Source of the DNA: Dipteris shenzhenensis
Taxonomy: Eukaryota
Reading direction: 5' to 3' (one strand)
NCBI GenBank assembly: GCA_047967505.1
Contig: CM106538.1
Length of the DNA stretch: 64,000 nucleotides
Numbering within the stretch: the first letter of the stretch is position 1; the number at the start of each line of letters is the position of its first letter. The notes below the pieces were generated by a model. The model was not told the DNA's origin. It saw only the letters and a list, made by a program, of their open reading frames with translations, and did no database searches. Position numbers and translations under genes: made by a program. Of the stretch, positions 37,859 through 50,700 are shown piece by piece.

Positions 37859-40699
37859 TTGCCTAAATTCAAGGTTGCAGAAATGCATAAGGTGTGTGAA
37901 GCCTATCAATTTGGAAAACAGGCAAGGAAACCATTTCCTAAGCATGTGCAAGAGAGTAAAAAGCCATTGGAATTAATCCACTCTGATGTATGGACTACTA
38001 AAGCTGCATCTATTGGAGGTTGTCACTATTTTGTCACATTTATTGATGACTTCAGCAGAAAACTTTGGGTGTATTTTATGAAAAAGAAAAGTGAAGTGTT
38101 TGGGCACTTCAAAGCTTTTAAAGCTATGATTGAAAAAGAAATAGGCCTGCAAATAAAATGCCTAAGGTCAGATGGAGGGGAAGAGTACCTCTCAAATGAG
38201 TTTGCAAGGTTCTTGCAGGAGCATGGTATAAAGCAGCAATATTCATGCAGTCATACCCCACAGCAAAATGGAATTGCAGAAAGGAAAAATAGGCATATTG
38301 GAGAGGTATCTCGGGCTATGCTAAATGAAAAAGATCTACCAGATTATGATTGGGCTGAAGCAGTTGCTACAGTAGTTTATATAATGAACAGGACTCCCAC
38401 TGCAGCAATACATGGCATGATGCCAGAGGAGATGTATACTGGTAGGAAACCAGATATTTCTCATTTGAAAATTGTTGGTTGCATTGCCTATGTTCATGTG
38501 CGAGATGAGTTGAGGTCCAAGTTGGATCCAAAGGCTGAGAAGTGCATCTTTATTGGTTATTCTTTGCAGCAGAAAGGGTATAGATGCTATAACCCTTCTA
38601 CACGTAAGTTCACAGTGAGCAGAGATGTTGTTTTTGATGAGATGAGCAGCTGGTATAAACCAGTAAATGTGATGATTGATGTAGATGCACATAATTCACA
38701 GCAGCAATCACAAAACATCAGTGGACCTGGAGTGTCCTCTAGCAGTGGTTCACATACTTCACCATGGACAGGCAGATTGCGATCAGGAGAATCTCCTCAA
38801 AGCAATGCAGAGAGTGGTATGCAGGTATCACGAAAAGGAAAAGAGAAGGTAGATCAGCCCATGTTTCATGTGAATGCAGGTCACTCTTATGTGGATGGTG
38901 AATCCAGTGGCTCAGAACAGAGCATTGATGATGAGTTGGGTATTCCTTCTGTTGTTACACCTGGAGTAAGGAAGACCAGGGATATTTTGAGAGCACCTGG
39001 AAGCGAGCCTATTTTGCACAGGTCTACCAGGGTTAGGTATCCTGTGGATAGGCTGAAATATGATGGATTTACAGCCATTCACTATGCCTATATGGTCAAG
39101 GTGATACAGGAACCAGAACCCACTTCTTTTGAGCAAGCCATGGGAAATGAAAAATGGGAGAAAGCCATGGATGAAGAAATGGATGCCTTGGATGCAAATG
39201 CTACATGGGAATTGGTGCCTTTGCCTAAAGACAAGAATGCAATTGGCTGTAAGTGGGTTTATAAGATCAAGCACAATGCATATGGTTCTGTGAATAGATA
39301 CAAGGCAAGATTAGTTGTCAAGGGGTATGCACAGACATATGGCATTGATTATGAAGAAACTTTCAGCCCGGTTGCAAGGATGGCAACCGTAAGAGCAGCC
39401 ATTGCTATGGCCGCATCAAAGGGATGGTCTTTACATCAGATGGATGTAAAGAATGCCTTCTTGCATGGTGATTTGCAAGAAGAGGTCTTTATGGAGCAGC
39501 AAGCAGGTTATGTTCATGCTATTCATCCTGAGTTTGTTTGCAGGTTGAAGAAAGCCTTGTATGGCTTGAAGCAAGCACCTAGAGCATGGTCTGACAAGAT
39601 AGGACAGTATCTTGTCACTATTGGCTTTCAGATTTCCAAGGCAGATTTCTCACTCTATGTGAGAAAAATAGAGAAAGGGATTATGCTGCTTGTCATTTAT
39701 GTTGATGATTTGATCATCACAGGTGATAGTGATGAAGATATCCTTCATGTGAAAATGCTATTGAGGCAGAAGTTTGAGATGAAGGATTTGGGAGAGCTAC
39801 GTTATTTCTTGGGCATTGAGGTGATTAGATCACCAAGTGGGATACAGCTCTTGCAAAGGCAGTATGGACTGGACATGCTGTCCAAATATGGGATGACAGG
39901 CTGTAAGCCTATTTCAGTTCCTTTGGAGCAGAATGTGAAGCTGAGCGCAGATGTAGGTGAGCTTCTGGAAGACCCTACTATGTACAGACGCATAGTAGGA
40001 AGTTTGATTTACATGACTATTACCAGGCTAGATTTGAGTTATGCTGTTGGGTTGGTAAGTCAGTTTATGCAGGCTCCAAGGAAACCGCATTTGGATGCGG
40101 CTAGATGCATACTCAGGTATGTGAAGTCCACATTGCAGTATGGACTACTCTATGAGGCTGGGGTTCAGATACAGTTGCATGGATACATTGATGCTAATTG
40201 GGCTGGTAGTATTTCTGATAGACGATCTACCAGTGGATATGTGTTCTCTTTTGGGAGTGCTGCAGTCACTTGGAGCAGTAAGAAACAGCCTACAGTTGCC
40301 TTGTCGAGCACAGAGGCTGAGTACAGGGGTGCAGCAATGGCTGCATGTGAGGTAGCTTGGTTGCATAAGCTACTCTATGATATGCATCAGTCTACAGATG
40401 GGCCAGTTGTCATTTATTGTGACAACATGAGTAGTATACACTTGGCAAATAACCCAATCTATCATGCTAGAACAAAGCACATTGAGGTGCATTATCACTA
40501 TGTGCAGGAGAAGGTTTTACTAGGTCTTATTGATCTAGTTTATGTCAGCACAGAGGATCAGGTAGCTGACATATTCACGAAGGCATTGGGCATAGAGAAG
40601 CTGCACAAGTTCAGAGACCTGCTTGGTGTGCAAGAATTGAGATTGAGCTCGAGGGGGAGTGTTGAGATATCGAGCTCCACTCGCGATATGCCAAGGTGA
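37859..40699 (+). CDS. Copia pol open frame (integrase-RT-RNase H), 946 aa, reading through the PPT into the 3' LTR
   Basis: Uninterrupted frame with IHSDVW, LRSDGG, YKARLV, YVDD and TKHIEVHYH; upstream gag and protease are disrupted. Confidence 0.85.
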   Translation: MPKFKVAEMHKVCEAYQFGKQARKPFPKHVQESKKPLELIHSDVWTTKAASIGGCHYFVTFIDDFSRKLWVYFMKKKSEVFGHFKAFKAMIEKEIGLQIKCLRSDGGEEYLSNEFARFLQEHGIKQQYSCSHTPQQNGIAERKNRHIGEVSRAMLNEKDLPDYDWAEAVATVVYIMNRTPTAAIHGMMPEEMYTGRKPDISHLKIVGCIAYVHVRDELRSKLDPKAEKCIFIGYSLQQKGYRCYNPSTRKFTVSRDVVFDEMSSWYKPVNVMIDVDAHNSQQQSQNISGPGVSSSSGSHTSPWTGRLRSGESPQSNAESGMQVSRKGKEKVDQPMFHVNAGHSYVDGESSGSEQSIDDELGIPSVVTPGVRKTRDILRAPGSEPILHRSTRVRYPVDRLKYDGFTAIHYAYMVKVIQEPEPTSFEQAMGNEKWEKAMDEEMDALDANATWELVPLPKDKNAIGCKWVYKIKHNAYGSVNRYKARLVVKGYAQTYGIDYEETFSPVARMATVRAAIAMAASKGWSLHQMDVKNAFLHGDLQEEVFMEQQAGYVHAIHPEFVCRLKKALYGLKQAPRAWSDKIGQYLVTIGFQISKADFSLYVRKIEKGIMLLVIYVDDLIITGDSDEDILHVKMLLRQKFEMKDLGELRYFLGIEVIRSPSGIQLLQRQYGLDMLSKYGMTGCKPISVPLEQNVKLSADVGELLEDPTMYRRIVGSLIYMTITRLDLSYAVGLVSQFMQAPRKPHLDAARCILRYVKSTLQYGLLYEAGVQIQLHGYIDANWAGSISDRRSTSGYVFSFGSAAVTWSSKKQPTVALSSTEAEYRGAAMAACEVAWLHKLLYDMHQSTDGPVVIYCDNMSSIHLANNPIYHARTKHIEVHYHYVQEKVLLGLIDLVYVSTEDQVADIFTKALGIEKLHKFRDLLGVQELRLSSRGSVEISSSTRDMPR

Positions 40700-41016
40700 C
40701 CGTTGTGCATTTATGTCACCGACTTGTTAGCTGGAGATGCGGTTGGTACACCGCCCACGAATAATAGCTGGATGATAGCTATCCTTATCTACACTAGTTC
40801 GTGGCTCAGTTAGTATGCCACCTTAGTTAGTTGAGTTTGGTTTGAGACCCACATATAGGGTTCTTCTATTTCTTTGTACTAGAGTTCTTTTGGCTTTCAC
40901 AACTAAGAAGAGGAAAACTGTTTTCAGCCTCCACCTTTGTGTGTATTCCCCCATTGTGCTTGTGAGAAAGCTGCAAGTGAGACTCCTTCCCTCTCTCCCA
41001 CTATCTTCACATGAAG

Positions 41017-41815
41017 TACACCTCCCACCCATCAAATCTTGAAAGATTAAGTACATGCAACCTGCCCCTGCCCTGCAAATGCCTGCAACCTGCAACCTCG
41101 ACATGACCTTGCACAGACTTTGGTTTGCCATTGTCTTCTTTCGGGTAAGTTGTCTTCTATTCTTTGCTTACCTCACCATCTAGGTTCTCTGGGTCTATTC
41201 TGGACTGATCGTGGCTTTGGAATCAATGACAACATGTAGCTCACCATGGCTTACAAGAGAAGTAGATAGAGGCTGCCAGACATGAAAGCTGAAAAGCCAA
41301 GTCAAGGCACAAGGAACAGATTGCGGGTCGAGAAAAGCATTGGCATAGTATCGAAATGGCAATGGAATATGCTTTTGCAACATTTGCAAAGGGAGAAACA
41401 ACGTGAAGAAAGAAGACTCCTTGCAAAGTAGTAGCAAGAAGCAGTTGCAAATGCACGCATTCAATCATTGCCATCAAAGCAAAGAACAAGAGATGTGGTG
41501 TCACAATTGCTGGGAGCATTTGAGGTAGCAACATCAGGACATTCAGGTGATTATGAATCTTGAGTCTTCATAAGCTTTAGCCTGCATTCTAAAGTTTGTA
41601 GAGTAACAACCCTACCAACACCTCAGGAGATGCACGCCCAAGAGGTGATGCTGTCTAACCTGAGAAATGGCAAGGGGTGCACAGCTTAGATCAATTAGCT
41701 ACAAGCAGGGTGACATTAGCTATGTTGGTGTCTCCTAAAACAAAGGAGAAACAGCTTGGAGGCACAATATTAAAGACATTGTCAATTAGAAGGACCAACG
41801 TGGCTCCATCGACGA
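41017..41815 (+). mobile_element. Continuation of the Sola2-like element 5' part (degenerate exon-1 ORF from ~41246)
   Basis: Collinear with about 57014-57825. Confidence 0.8.
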
Positions 41816-41819
41816 AGGT

Positions 41820-44800
41820 GATATTTCACTCTATTGTGGCATACACATTTGGGTGCACCTGGTATTTGGTGTGATTCTCTCTTGCAAGCACTAGCATTTG
41901 GGATTTTGTTTCATTTACATCATGGCATCCTCTTCCATGTCTGAAAAGGAGTTTTTCAGCATTGAAAAGTTTGATGGGACAAACTTTTCTTTGTGAAAAG
42001 AACAAATAAGGGATGTGTTTATTCAAAAGAAGCTGATTAAACCCTTGGCAGGGATTGAAGCTAAGCCTACAAATATGTCTGAGGATGATTGGAATGAGTT
42101 GGATGCATTAGCAAAGTCTACTATTAGACTTCATCTTGCAGAGTCAGTTTATTTCACAGTAGTAAATGAGCAGACTACGGAAGATTTATGGAAGAAACTG
42201 TGTGCCACTTATGAGAAGGAAACTGCCTCTAATAAAGTTTACCTCAGGAAGAGGTTGTTTGAGCTGCAAATGAAGGAAGGGGTCTCCATTGCTTCTCACT
42301 TGAATGAATTCAATATTATTTTCAGCCAGCTTCAGGCTCAGAAGATGAATTTTGATGTGGAGACTAAGGCAATATTTCTCTTATGTTCATTGCCATCCTC
42401 ATGGGATACCTTCCGTACAGCTGTCAATAACTCTGCACCTGGTGGAGTATTGAAATTTGATGATGTTGTGGGTAGCTTGTTGGCCGAGGAGATTAGACGG
42501 AAGTCTATGGATGGCAACAAGCAGGATGCAACCTTAAATGTGCAAAGGGGCAGATCACAGTTCAGGGGGAAGTCCCATGAAAGAGGGAAGTCTCGTAGCA
42601 AATCCAGGGCACGGAACATTAAGTGTTACCATTGTGGCAAGAAGGGCCATATGAAAAAGGATTGCTACAAGCTGAAAAGAGAGCAAAAGGATAAGAAAAA
42701 GAATGCAAATTGGGGTGCAAATCAAAAGGAAGAGAGTCCAAGGGAGGACAAAGGAAAAGTGAAGATCGAGGAGATCAATGCAGTCACACTTTTTAGTGAT
42801 AATGACATTCTCTTCATGTCTAGTTTATCTACAGAGTTGCTTACCACTTCAGATGATGCGTATTCCTAGGATTGGATTTTGGATTCTGGTGCTTCATTCC
42901 ATGTTACTCCCCATAAGGAATGGTTGTCCACTTATGACAGTGGAAAGATAGGTTGTGTGCATCTTGGCAATGACTATGCATGTGACATAGTGGGAGTAGG
43001 TGACATAAAGTTTTCTTTTGCAAATGGGTCTGCATTTGTTTTGAAACATGTGAGACATGTGCCTAAGCTGACCAAGAGTCTTATTTCAGTGGGTCGGCTA
43101 GATGATGCTTGCTTTCACACCACTTTTGGCTTTCAGAGTTGGAAAATTCAGAAGGGCTCTATGCTTTTGGCCAAGGGTGCCAAGTGTGGGACTTTGTATC
43201 CCTTACATGTATCAGGGGTATTTGATCATGTTGTTGCAATAACCGAGCAGCCAAGCACTTCTTTGTGGCATTGCGGGTTGGGGCACATGAGCCAGAATGG
43301 AATGAAACTCTTATGCCGTTTGGGTTATGTACCGCATTTGAGTTTCTCTGATTTTGAATTTTGTGAGCACTGTCTCTATGGGAAGCAGACTAAATCAGCC
43401 CATAAAAGAAAGGGAAAGAAAGAGTTTGAAAAGCTTGATTTGGTGCATTCAAACGTATGTGGTCCCATGCCTACACGGTCATTAGGTGGGGCTGAATACT
43501 ATGTGACATTCATTGATGATGCAACTAGGAAAGTGTGGGCTTATGCTATAGCTCAGAAGAGTGATGTGTTCCAGATATTTCAGAAATGGCTGGCCTTGGT
43601 TGAGAATCAGTCAGGTAGAATGCGTAAATGCCTACGGACTGACAATGGTGGAGAGTATCTCTCTCATGACTTTCAGCATTTCTGTGATACACGTGGGATT
43701 AAGAGGGACCTCACATCCCCTCGTACTCCAGAGCAAAATCCAATTGCAGAAAAGATGAACTGTAGCATTCAAGAAAGGTTGCAATGCATTCTTTCCAATG
43801 CAAGTCTTTCTGGTGGTTTTTGGGCTAAGGCAATGAAGACTGCAGTGCATGTGATCAATAGATCACCTAGTAAGAGTTTGGATGGTGGTATTCCTAAAGA
43901 GGCATGGAGTGGCAAGAAGCCCTCTTACTCTCATTTGCATATATTTGGGTGTGAGGCATATGCACATGTGCCAAAAGAGTTTCAAAAGAAGCTAGATCCT
44001 AAGTCTAGGAAATGCATCTTTCTAGGTTATGGTGAAAGTGGAGAGATGGGCTATCGTCTCTAGGCTCCAGAAGCAAAGAAGATCATACGCAGCCATGATG
44101 TAGTCTTCAATGAGAAGAAGATGCATAAGACACCCATGAGGGATGTGGAAATGAGGAGAATCACTTTCCAGGATGTGAATCCACCTGCATATGTTGATAG
44201 ACAGCAAGCTGTCCATGCACCAAATGTGCAAGAAATGGTACCACCAAGTACTCCCACAGGTATACAATCAAGGGTAGATGATGGATCATCTATTGGTGGA
44301 CATGATGAGCCAAATGTGGCTGATATGCAGGTGGGACAGCAAGCTGAAATGCCATTGAGAAGATCTTCTAGAGTGTCTAGACCGCCTGATAAGTTTATTC
44401 CAAGGGTAGACTATGTGATGCTTACTGATTGCGGGGAGCATTCTTGCTACAAAGAGGCTATGATGCGTGAGGATCAATGCAAGTGGGAGTATGCTATGCA
44501 ATCAAAGATGAGTTCACTTATGAAGAATAAGACTTGGGACTTGGTTTCTTTGCCACATGGAAAGAAAGCATTGCCATGTAAATGGATCTACAAAATGAAG
44601 GTCACAGGTGATGATGTGCCTAGGTACAAGGCCCGTTTGGTTGCTAAAGGGTTCAAGCAAGAGAAGGGTGTGGACTTTGATGAGATATTCTCTCCATTTG
44701 TGAAGATGACCACACTTAGATGCATGCTTGGACTAGTGGCAGTAGAGGATATGGAGCTTATGCAGATGGATGTCAAGACAGCTTTCTTGCATGGGGATTT

Positions 44801-46308
44801 GCATGAGGAAATTTACATGGTGCAGCTGGAAGGCTTTGAAGAAAAGGGCAAAGAGCATTTAGTTTGCAAGCTAAAGAAGAGTCTCTATGGTCTTAAGCAA
44901 GCCCCTAGAGAATGGTATCAAAAGTTTGATGCTTTCATTCAGTCTCAGGGTTTTAGAAGGAGTGAAATTGATCATTGCCTCTACACTAAAAGGGCTAAGG
45001 ATAGAGAATGGTATCAAAAGTTTGATGCTTTCATTCAGTCTCAGGGTTTTAGAAGGAGTGAAATTGATCATTGCCTCTACACTAAAAGGGCTAAGGATAG
45101 TAGCCTGATAATCCCAGCACTATATGTGGATGATATGCTATTGGCTAGCAAGAATACTTACGAGCTAGATGCATTAAAGGCCAAGTTGCATGAGGCCTTT
45201 GATATGAAGGATTTGGGACTTGTAGGTCATATTCTTGGTATGCGCATCACGCGTGATCGGAGTAGGAAACTCCTTTGGCTTTCACAAAAAGAGTATGTTA
45301 CAAAAGTATTGCAGTGTTTCAATATGGAGGGGGGGAAGGCAGTGAGTACTCCATTGCCTCCATATGTGAAACTGAGTCATACAGATAGTCCCAAATCAGA
45401 TGAGGAAAGGGCCATGATGGCCAAGGTTCCTTATGCATCAGCGGTTGGGAGTCTTATGTATGCTATGATAGCTACTAGACCAGACATTGCATTTGCAGTG
45501 GGAGTTGTTAGCCGGTATATGGCTAATCCAAGAAAGAGGCATTGGGAGGCAGTTAAGTGCATCATGAGGTACATGAAGGGTACCAAGGAGATGTGCATCT
45601 GCTTTGGTAGAGGAGACATGCGTGTACTTGGGTACACAAATTCAGACTATGCAGGGCATGTGGATAGTAGGAGATCCACTTCTGGTTATGTGTTTACCTT
45701 TGTAGGTGGTGCACTGTCGTGGATGCTTTGTCTACCATAGAGGCTACCACAGAGGCTGAGTATGTTGCAGCCACAGAGGGTTGCAAGGAGGCTATATGGC
45801 TTGATCAGCTAGTGGGAGATTTGGGGATTCATACAAGTGTACCGACATTGCATAGTGATTCCATGAGTGCTATTCAGCTAGCACGGAATCCGGTCTTTCA
45901 TGCAAAGACCAAACACATTGAGGTCAGGTACCATTTCATCACGAAAGTACTTGAGGACAAGCGCATAGAGCTTGTCAAGGTTCATACAGATGATAACCCT
46001 GCAGATATGCTGACAAATAGTCTACCTAGTCAGCGGTTTGAGTATTGTCGTATATTGATGGGCATTAGATAGTATGCTCACTGGTTGTTCTCCCTTAAAG
46101 GCACATTGCCCTTTAAGTGGGAGGTTGTGGGGGTTAAAGGTCACTATGCCTTTACCTCAGTTATGTACAATACTCAAACACATATATAAATGAATGAAAA
46201 AGAAGATTACGGTGGTTTTGCACCCACCAAAACTTGTGTGGCTCTCTGTCTCTCTCTCTCTCTCTCTCTCCTTCTTCCGTTCTTGCTTCCGGTGAGAGCA
46301 CTCTCACA
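41820..46308 (+). mobile_element. Ty1/Copia family B (Tnt1/Tork-like): near-complete degenerate gag-pol, PPT and short putative 3' LTR; no 5' LTR
   Basis: IEKFDGTNF gag start, CYHCGKKGHMKKDC, DSGASFH, LRTDNGGEY, YKARLVAKGF, LYVDDML, TKHIEVRYH. PPT AAGTGGGAGG is followed by TG (46126)...CA (46308). Confidence 0.92.
44906..45097 (+). repeat. Perfect 96-bp in-frame tandem duplication inside RT
   Basis: REWYQKFDAFIQSQGFRRSEIDHCLYTKRAKD appears twice. Confidence 0.95.
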
Positions 46309-46820
46309 AAGTAGTGCCAAAGCACTGTGAATGTAGTACCAAAACATTGGCAAAGCATTGCCAAAGCGTTAATAAAGATTTAACAAAGAACTACCAAAGG
46401 ACATGCAAAGCACAAGCAAAGCAATCACAAACAAAAAGCAGTACCAAAGCATTCACAAAGCAATACCAAATCGCATGCAAAGCACAAGCAAAGAAGTCAC
46501 AAACAAAAAGTAGAGCCAAAGCATTAACAAAGAAGTGCCAAAGCAAATGCAAAGAACAAACAAAGCAATCATAGATAGAAAGCACCGCCAAAACATTAGT
46601 GCCAAAGCACAAACAAAGTAGTGCCAAAGCATTGAGAAAGTAGTCACATTCCACACAATAAGGAATCACAGACCACATACAAAACAGGAATAATGCAGTG
46701 GCATGTCACATAGCACAGGTAGAAAGCAGTGCTGTAGCAATCTCAGGCAGAGTCAAAGCATTCACTGATGCATTGACAAAGCATTGATAAAGTAATGACA
46801 AAGCACATGCAAAGCACAAC
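46309..46820. repeat. Second copy of the CAAAGCA-motif repeat
   Basis: Aligns with about 28515-28930. Confidence 0.8.
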
Positions 46821-47129
46821 ATTCTAAAGGGTAAACCCCCTCACAAATTTAACCCCAAATTGATTATCATGGGGTGCCTCTTGGTATACCTGAAAATACA
46901 AATCATTAGCTTCTTGTAGAATGTCGAGGTCACAAATGCTTTTGGACTTTATTTTGTAAGCCTTTGTGTCTCATTGAACATAGTGGTCCACTCTTGTTTA
47001 GGAAGGTCCACATTTGTTAACTTTTGTGGACTTTTAGCAGACTTAATGTTGATGCCATAAAACTTGTGAAACTCCTGAGCATTACAACAAAACCTCCTGG
47101 GTACAACCCCCCCACATGACTCCATGACT

Positions 47130-47430
47130 CTGAGAGATGAGACCTACGAAAGCTATGAGAAATGAGACCTTGAGCTCCTTCTCTCCATCCCTATCCTTTT
47201 CTATGATGTGACTCTATAAGAGACAAGACCTTGAGCTTGCTAGGGCTATGCGGGATGAGACCTGCAAGAGCTAAGTCACACAAAAAGAGATAAAGCTGCA
47301 TAGAAAGAGCTAGAGCTGAGCTGAGCCACATAGAAAGAGATAGAGCTATGAGAGAGGGTAGAGTTGTGGGATATAATAGGCTCGATAGACAAGAGATTCT
47401 AGAGTTATGAGAAATGAGAGCTGTGATGTT
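47130..47430. repeat. Degenerate GAGCTATGAGA/GATGAGACCT short-motif repeats
   Basis: The motif recurs many times. Confidence 0.5.
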
Positions 47431-47639
47431 TCAATGAGAAGTTAGTAGGTAGTTACAACTGAAAGACTAGATTCATCATGTTTTGAAAGTGTTAATCCAA
47501 CTGGACATTTAAAACATGCAAGGTGTCCAATCCGTTATGTTATGTAAATCCCACCTCTAAGCACTCTTGCAAATTTTCTAGAGAGTTCTTATTTAGCACA
47601 TGCTTTCAAGCACAAAAAGTGTACCATCCAAACATGCAT

Positions 47640-47766
47640 ATGTCACCCTTATGGAGGAGCTTGGGAACAAGCAAGAAAATTTCATCTTGTATAGTGATAA
47701 CCAGAGTGCTATTCATCTCACAAAGAATTCAGCCTTTGATTCAAGAACCAAACATATACATCTCAG
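47640..47766 (+). pseudogene. Copia RNase H fragment interrupted by a family A insertion
   Basis: LYSDNQSAIHLTKNSAFDSRTKHI. Confidence 0.75.
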
Positions 47767-50700
47767 TGTTGAGATATCGAGCTCCACTCGTGATATGCCA
47801 GGGTGACCATTGTGCATTTATGTCACTACCTTGTTAGCTGCAGATGCGGTTGGTACACCGCCCATGAATAATAGCTGGATGACATCTATCCTTATGTACT
47901 CTAGTTCGTGGCTCAGTTAGTATGCCACCTTAGTTAGCGGAGTTTGGTTTGAGACCCACATATAGGGTTCTTCTATTTCTTTGTACTAGTGTTCTTTTGG
48001 CTTTCACAAGTAAGAAGAGGAAAACTGTTTTCAGCCTCCACCTTTGTGTGTATTCCCCCATTGTGTATGTGAGAAAGCCGCAAGTGAGACTCCTTCCCTC
48101 TCTCCCACTATCTTCACATGGTATCAGAGCCTAGTTTGTGGTAAGGAGCTCAAGAAAGCAAACCAAGTTCGCGGTGTCCTAGTAAGAGGACCAGTGTTGC
48201 TTTCCTTTTTTGAGTTTGGGAGCAAATCTCTGCAGGTAGCACAACCGGAAGTGCAAGAGTGCACTGTCTCAGATTGAGATGCCCTTCGCAGTGTGGCGAG
48301 AGAGCAATATATGCTACGGGTATGGGCAAAGCCCAGAGTGACTTTTTTTTTCTGATTCGAGGCCATTTCGGGGCCCATTTTGAAGGCGGAAGTTCTTCAC
48401 AGCACTCAGAAAAAGGCCCTGTTTTTGATGTGCGACCATTGCTCTGCAGGTCGGTGAAAAGTTGCCGCAAAAATTGCATCGTATGCCTGTGCACAAAGAT
48501 ACTGGGAGTTACAGAATCATCCGTATTGCCTGTTGATGCAAAAACATCACTAGGAAGTGACTGTGTGGTCAAATACCACTTTCGTCAGTTTTGTAGATTT
48601 GCCCGTGTGAGGCAGAAGCTGTGTTTTTTGCAGTGACAGAATATTTTGCAGTGTTTTGTAATGGCATCTGATTCTCTTTCACAGATTGTCACTGAAAAGC
48701 TTGACAAAAACAACTTCGAAGCATGGAAGTTTCGAATGATGAATTTCCTTATGGGAAAAGGCTATTGGGAGTTCATTACTGGAAATGAAGAAGAACCAGT
48801 TCTTCCTAATGCTCCCAATCAACATGAAATGCAGGCATTTAAAGGATGGCATGAGAGAGCTAGAAAAGCTATGTACTAGCTGTCTATCAGTATTTCAGAT
48901 TCTATGATTATGCATATTCAGGATGCAAGTATGCCAAAGGAGGCATGGGATACTTTGGCAAAAATGTACAGCACAAATACACAAGCCAGGAAAATGCAGC
49001 TCAAGCAGGAGATGCACAATGTGCAGAGAGAAAATATGAGCATCAATGACCACCACATGAAGGTGAAGAAAATTGCAGATGCACTTGCGTCCATTGGGTC
49101 GCCAGTGGAAGATGATGATCTAGTTTCTGTGACCTTGAATGGTCTAGGAAAGGATTATGCACAATTCCGGACATCCATTGCCATCCATAAAAAATTTCTT
49201 GATTTCAAGGAGTTGTTTGCTCTTCTAATTTCTGAAAAGCAGAGAAATGGTGGTGCATCTTCTTCAGGAGGAACTTCAAAAGAAACTATCTTCTACTCAA
49301 ATGCAAGAAGAGGTAGAGGCAGAGGTAGAGGAGGCTAATCTGGAGGCCGTGGTAGAAATCATAATATGTAGCAAACTCAAGAAAACCAGTCCTATGGAGG
49401 AGGACGTGGTAACTCTAGAGTCAGGGGGAGACAAAGAGGTCGTGGTGGATGGCAGAGAGGCCAAAATGCAAACAGCAATGTTGAATGCTACTATTGTGGT
49501 AAAATGGGTCATATGGCTAAAGACTACTACAAAAAGTAGAATGACATTATGAATGGAAAATTGCAGCAAGGCAATTACGCATCTTCTAGTAGACAGGGTG
49601 ATGATAGAAATGAGCATCTATTTATGGTGCAATACATGACCAATTCTGTGACAAGTGCAGAAGAAAGAAATGATATGTGGTATGTTGACTCAGGTGCATC
49701 AAACCACATGAAAGGTCATGCAGAATGGATGCAGGATGCAAGGAAAATGGATAGAGTAGGATTTGTGGAGACTGTTGATGATATTGCACATCCTATTGTG
49801 TAGATTGGTAAAATTCCTTTGTCTATGCAGGATGAGAAAAAGAAATACTTGTCTAATGTATTTCATGTCCCGAATATCACCAAGAATCTGGTTTCTGTTG
49901 GTCAAATGGTTGAGCAGGGCTTGCAGGTCAGATTTAATCCTCATGGATGCTTTGTTGAGGATATGAAAAATAACGGTCGCTTGATAGCAAAAGGAAAGAA
50001 GAAGGGTAGGATGTTTACGTTGGATGCAAACATGCATGAATTGAGTGCAGCAATGTTTGCACATGGGACCGGTGTAGTTGCAAATATTGATATGTGGCAT
50101 AAATGCATTGGTCATGTTAATCTACAGTGACTTAAATCAATGCAGGCCCAAAACATTGTTGCAGGATTGTCTAAATTCAAGGTTGCAGAAATGCATAAGG
50201 TATGTGAAGCCTGTCAATTTAGAAAACAGGCAAGGAAAACATTTCCTAGGCATGTTCAAGAGAGTAAGAAGCCATTGGAATTAATCCACTCTGATGTGTG
50301 GACTACTAAAGCTGCATCTATTGGAGGCTATCATTATTTTGTCACTTTTATTGATGACTACAACAGAAAAATTTGGGTGTATTTTATGAAAAAGAAAAGA
50401 GAAGTGTTTGGGCACTTCAAAGCTTTTTAAGCTATGGTTGAAAAAGAAACAGGCCTGCAAATAAAATGCCTAAGGTCAGATGGAGGGGGAGAGTACCTCT
50501 CAAACGAGTTTGCAAGGTTCCTGCAGGAGCATGGCATAAAGCAGCAATATTCATGCAATTATACCCCACAGCAAAATGGACTTGCAGAAAGGAAAAACAG
50601 ACATATTGGAGAGGTATCTCGGGCCATGCTAAATGAAAAAGACCTACCAAATTATTATTGGGCTGAAGCAGTTGCTACAGTAGTTTACATAATGAATAGG

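Larger units (their letters stand above)
35080..41011 (+). mobile_element. Ty1/Copia family A, copy 2: both LTRs, TGAAG TSD and an extra internal LTR+PBS
   Basis: LTRs at 35080-35431 and 40660-41011 (352 bp; 6 differences counted by eye). TGAAG at 35075-35079 and 41012-41016. PBS at 35432 and again at 36215. PPT GAGGGGGAG. Confidence 0.97.
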
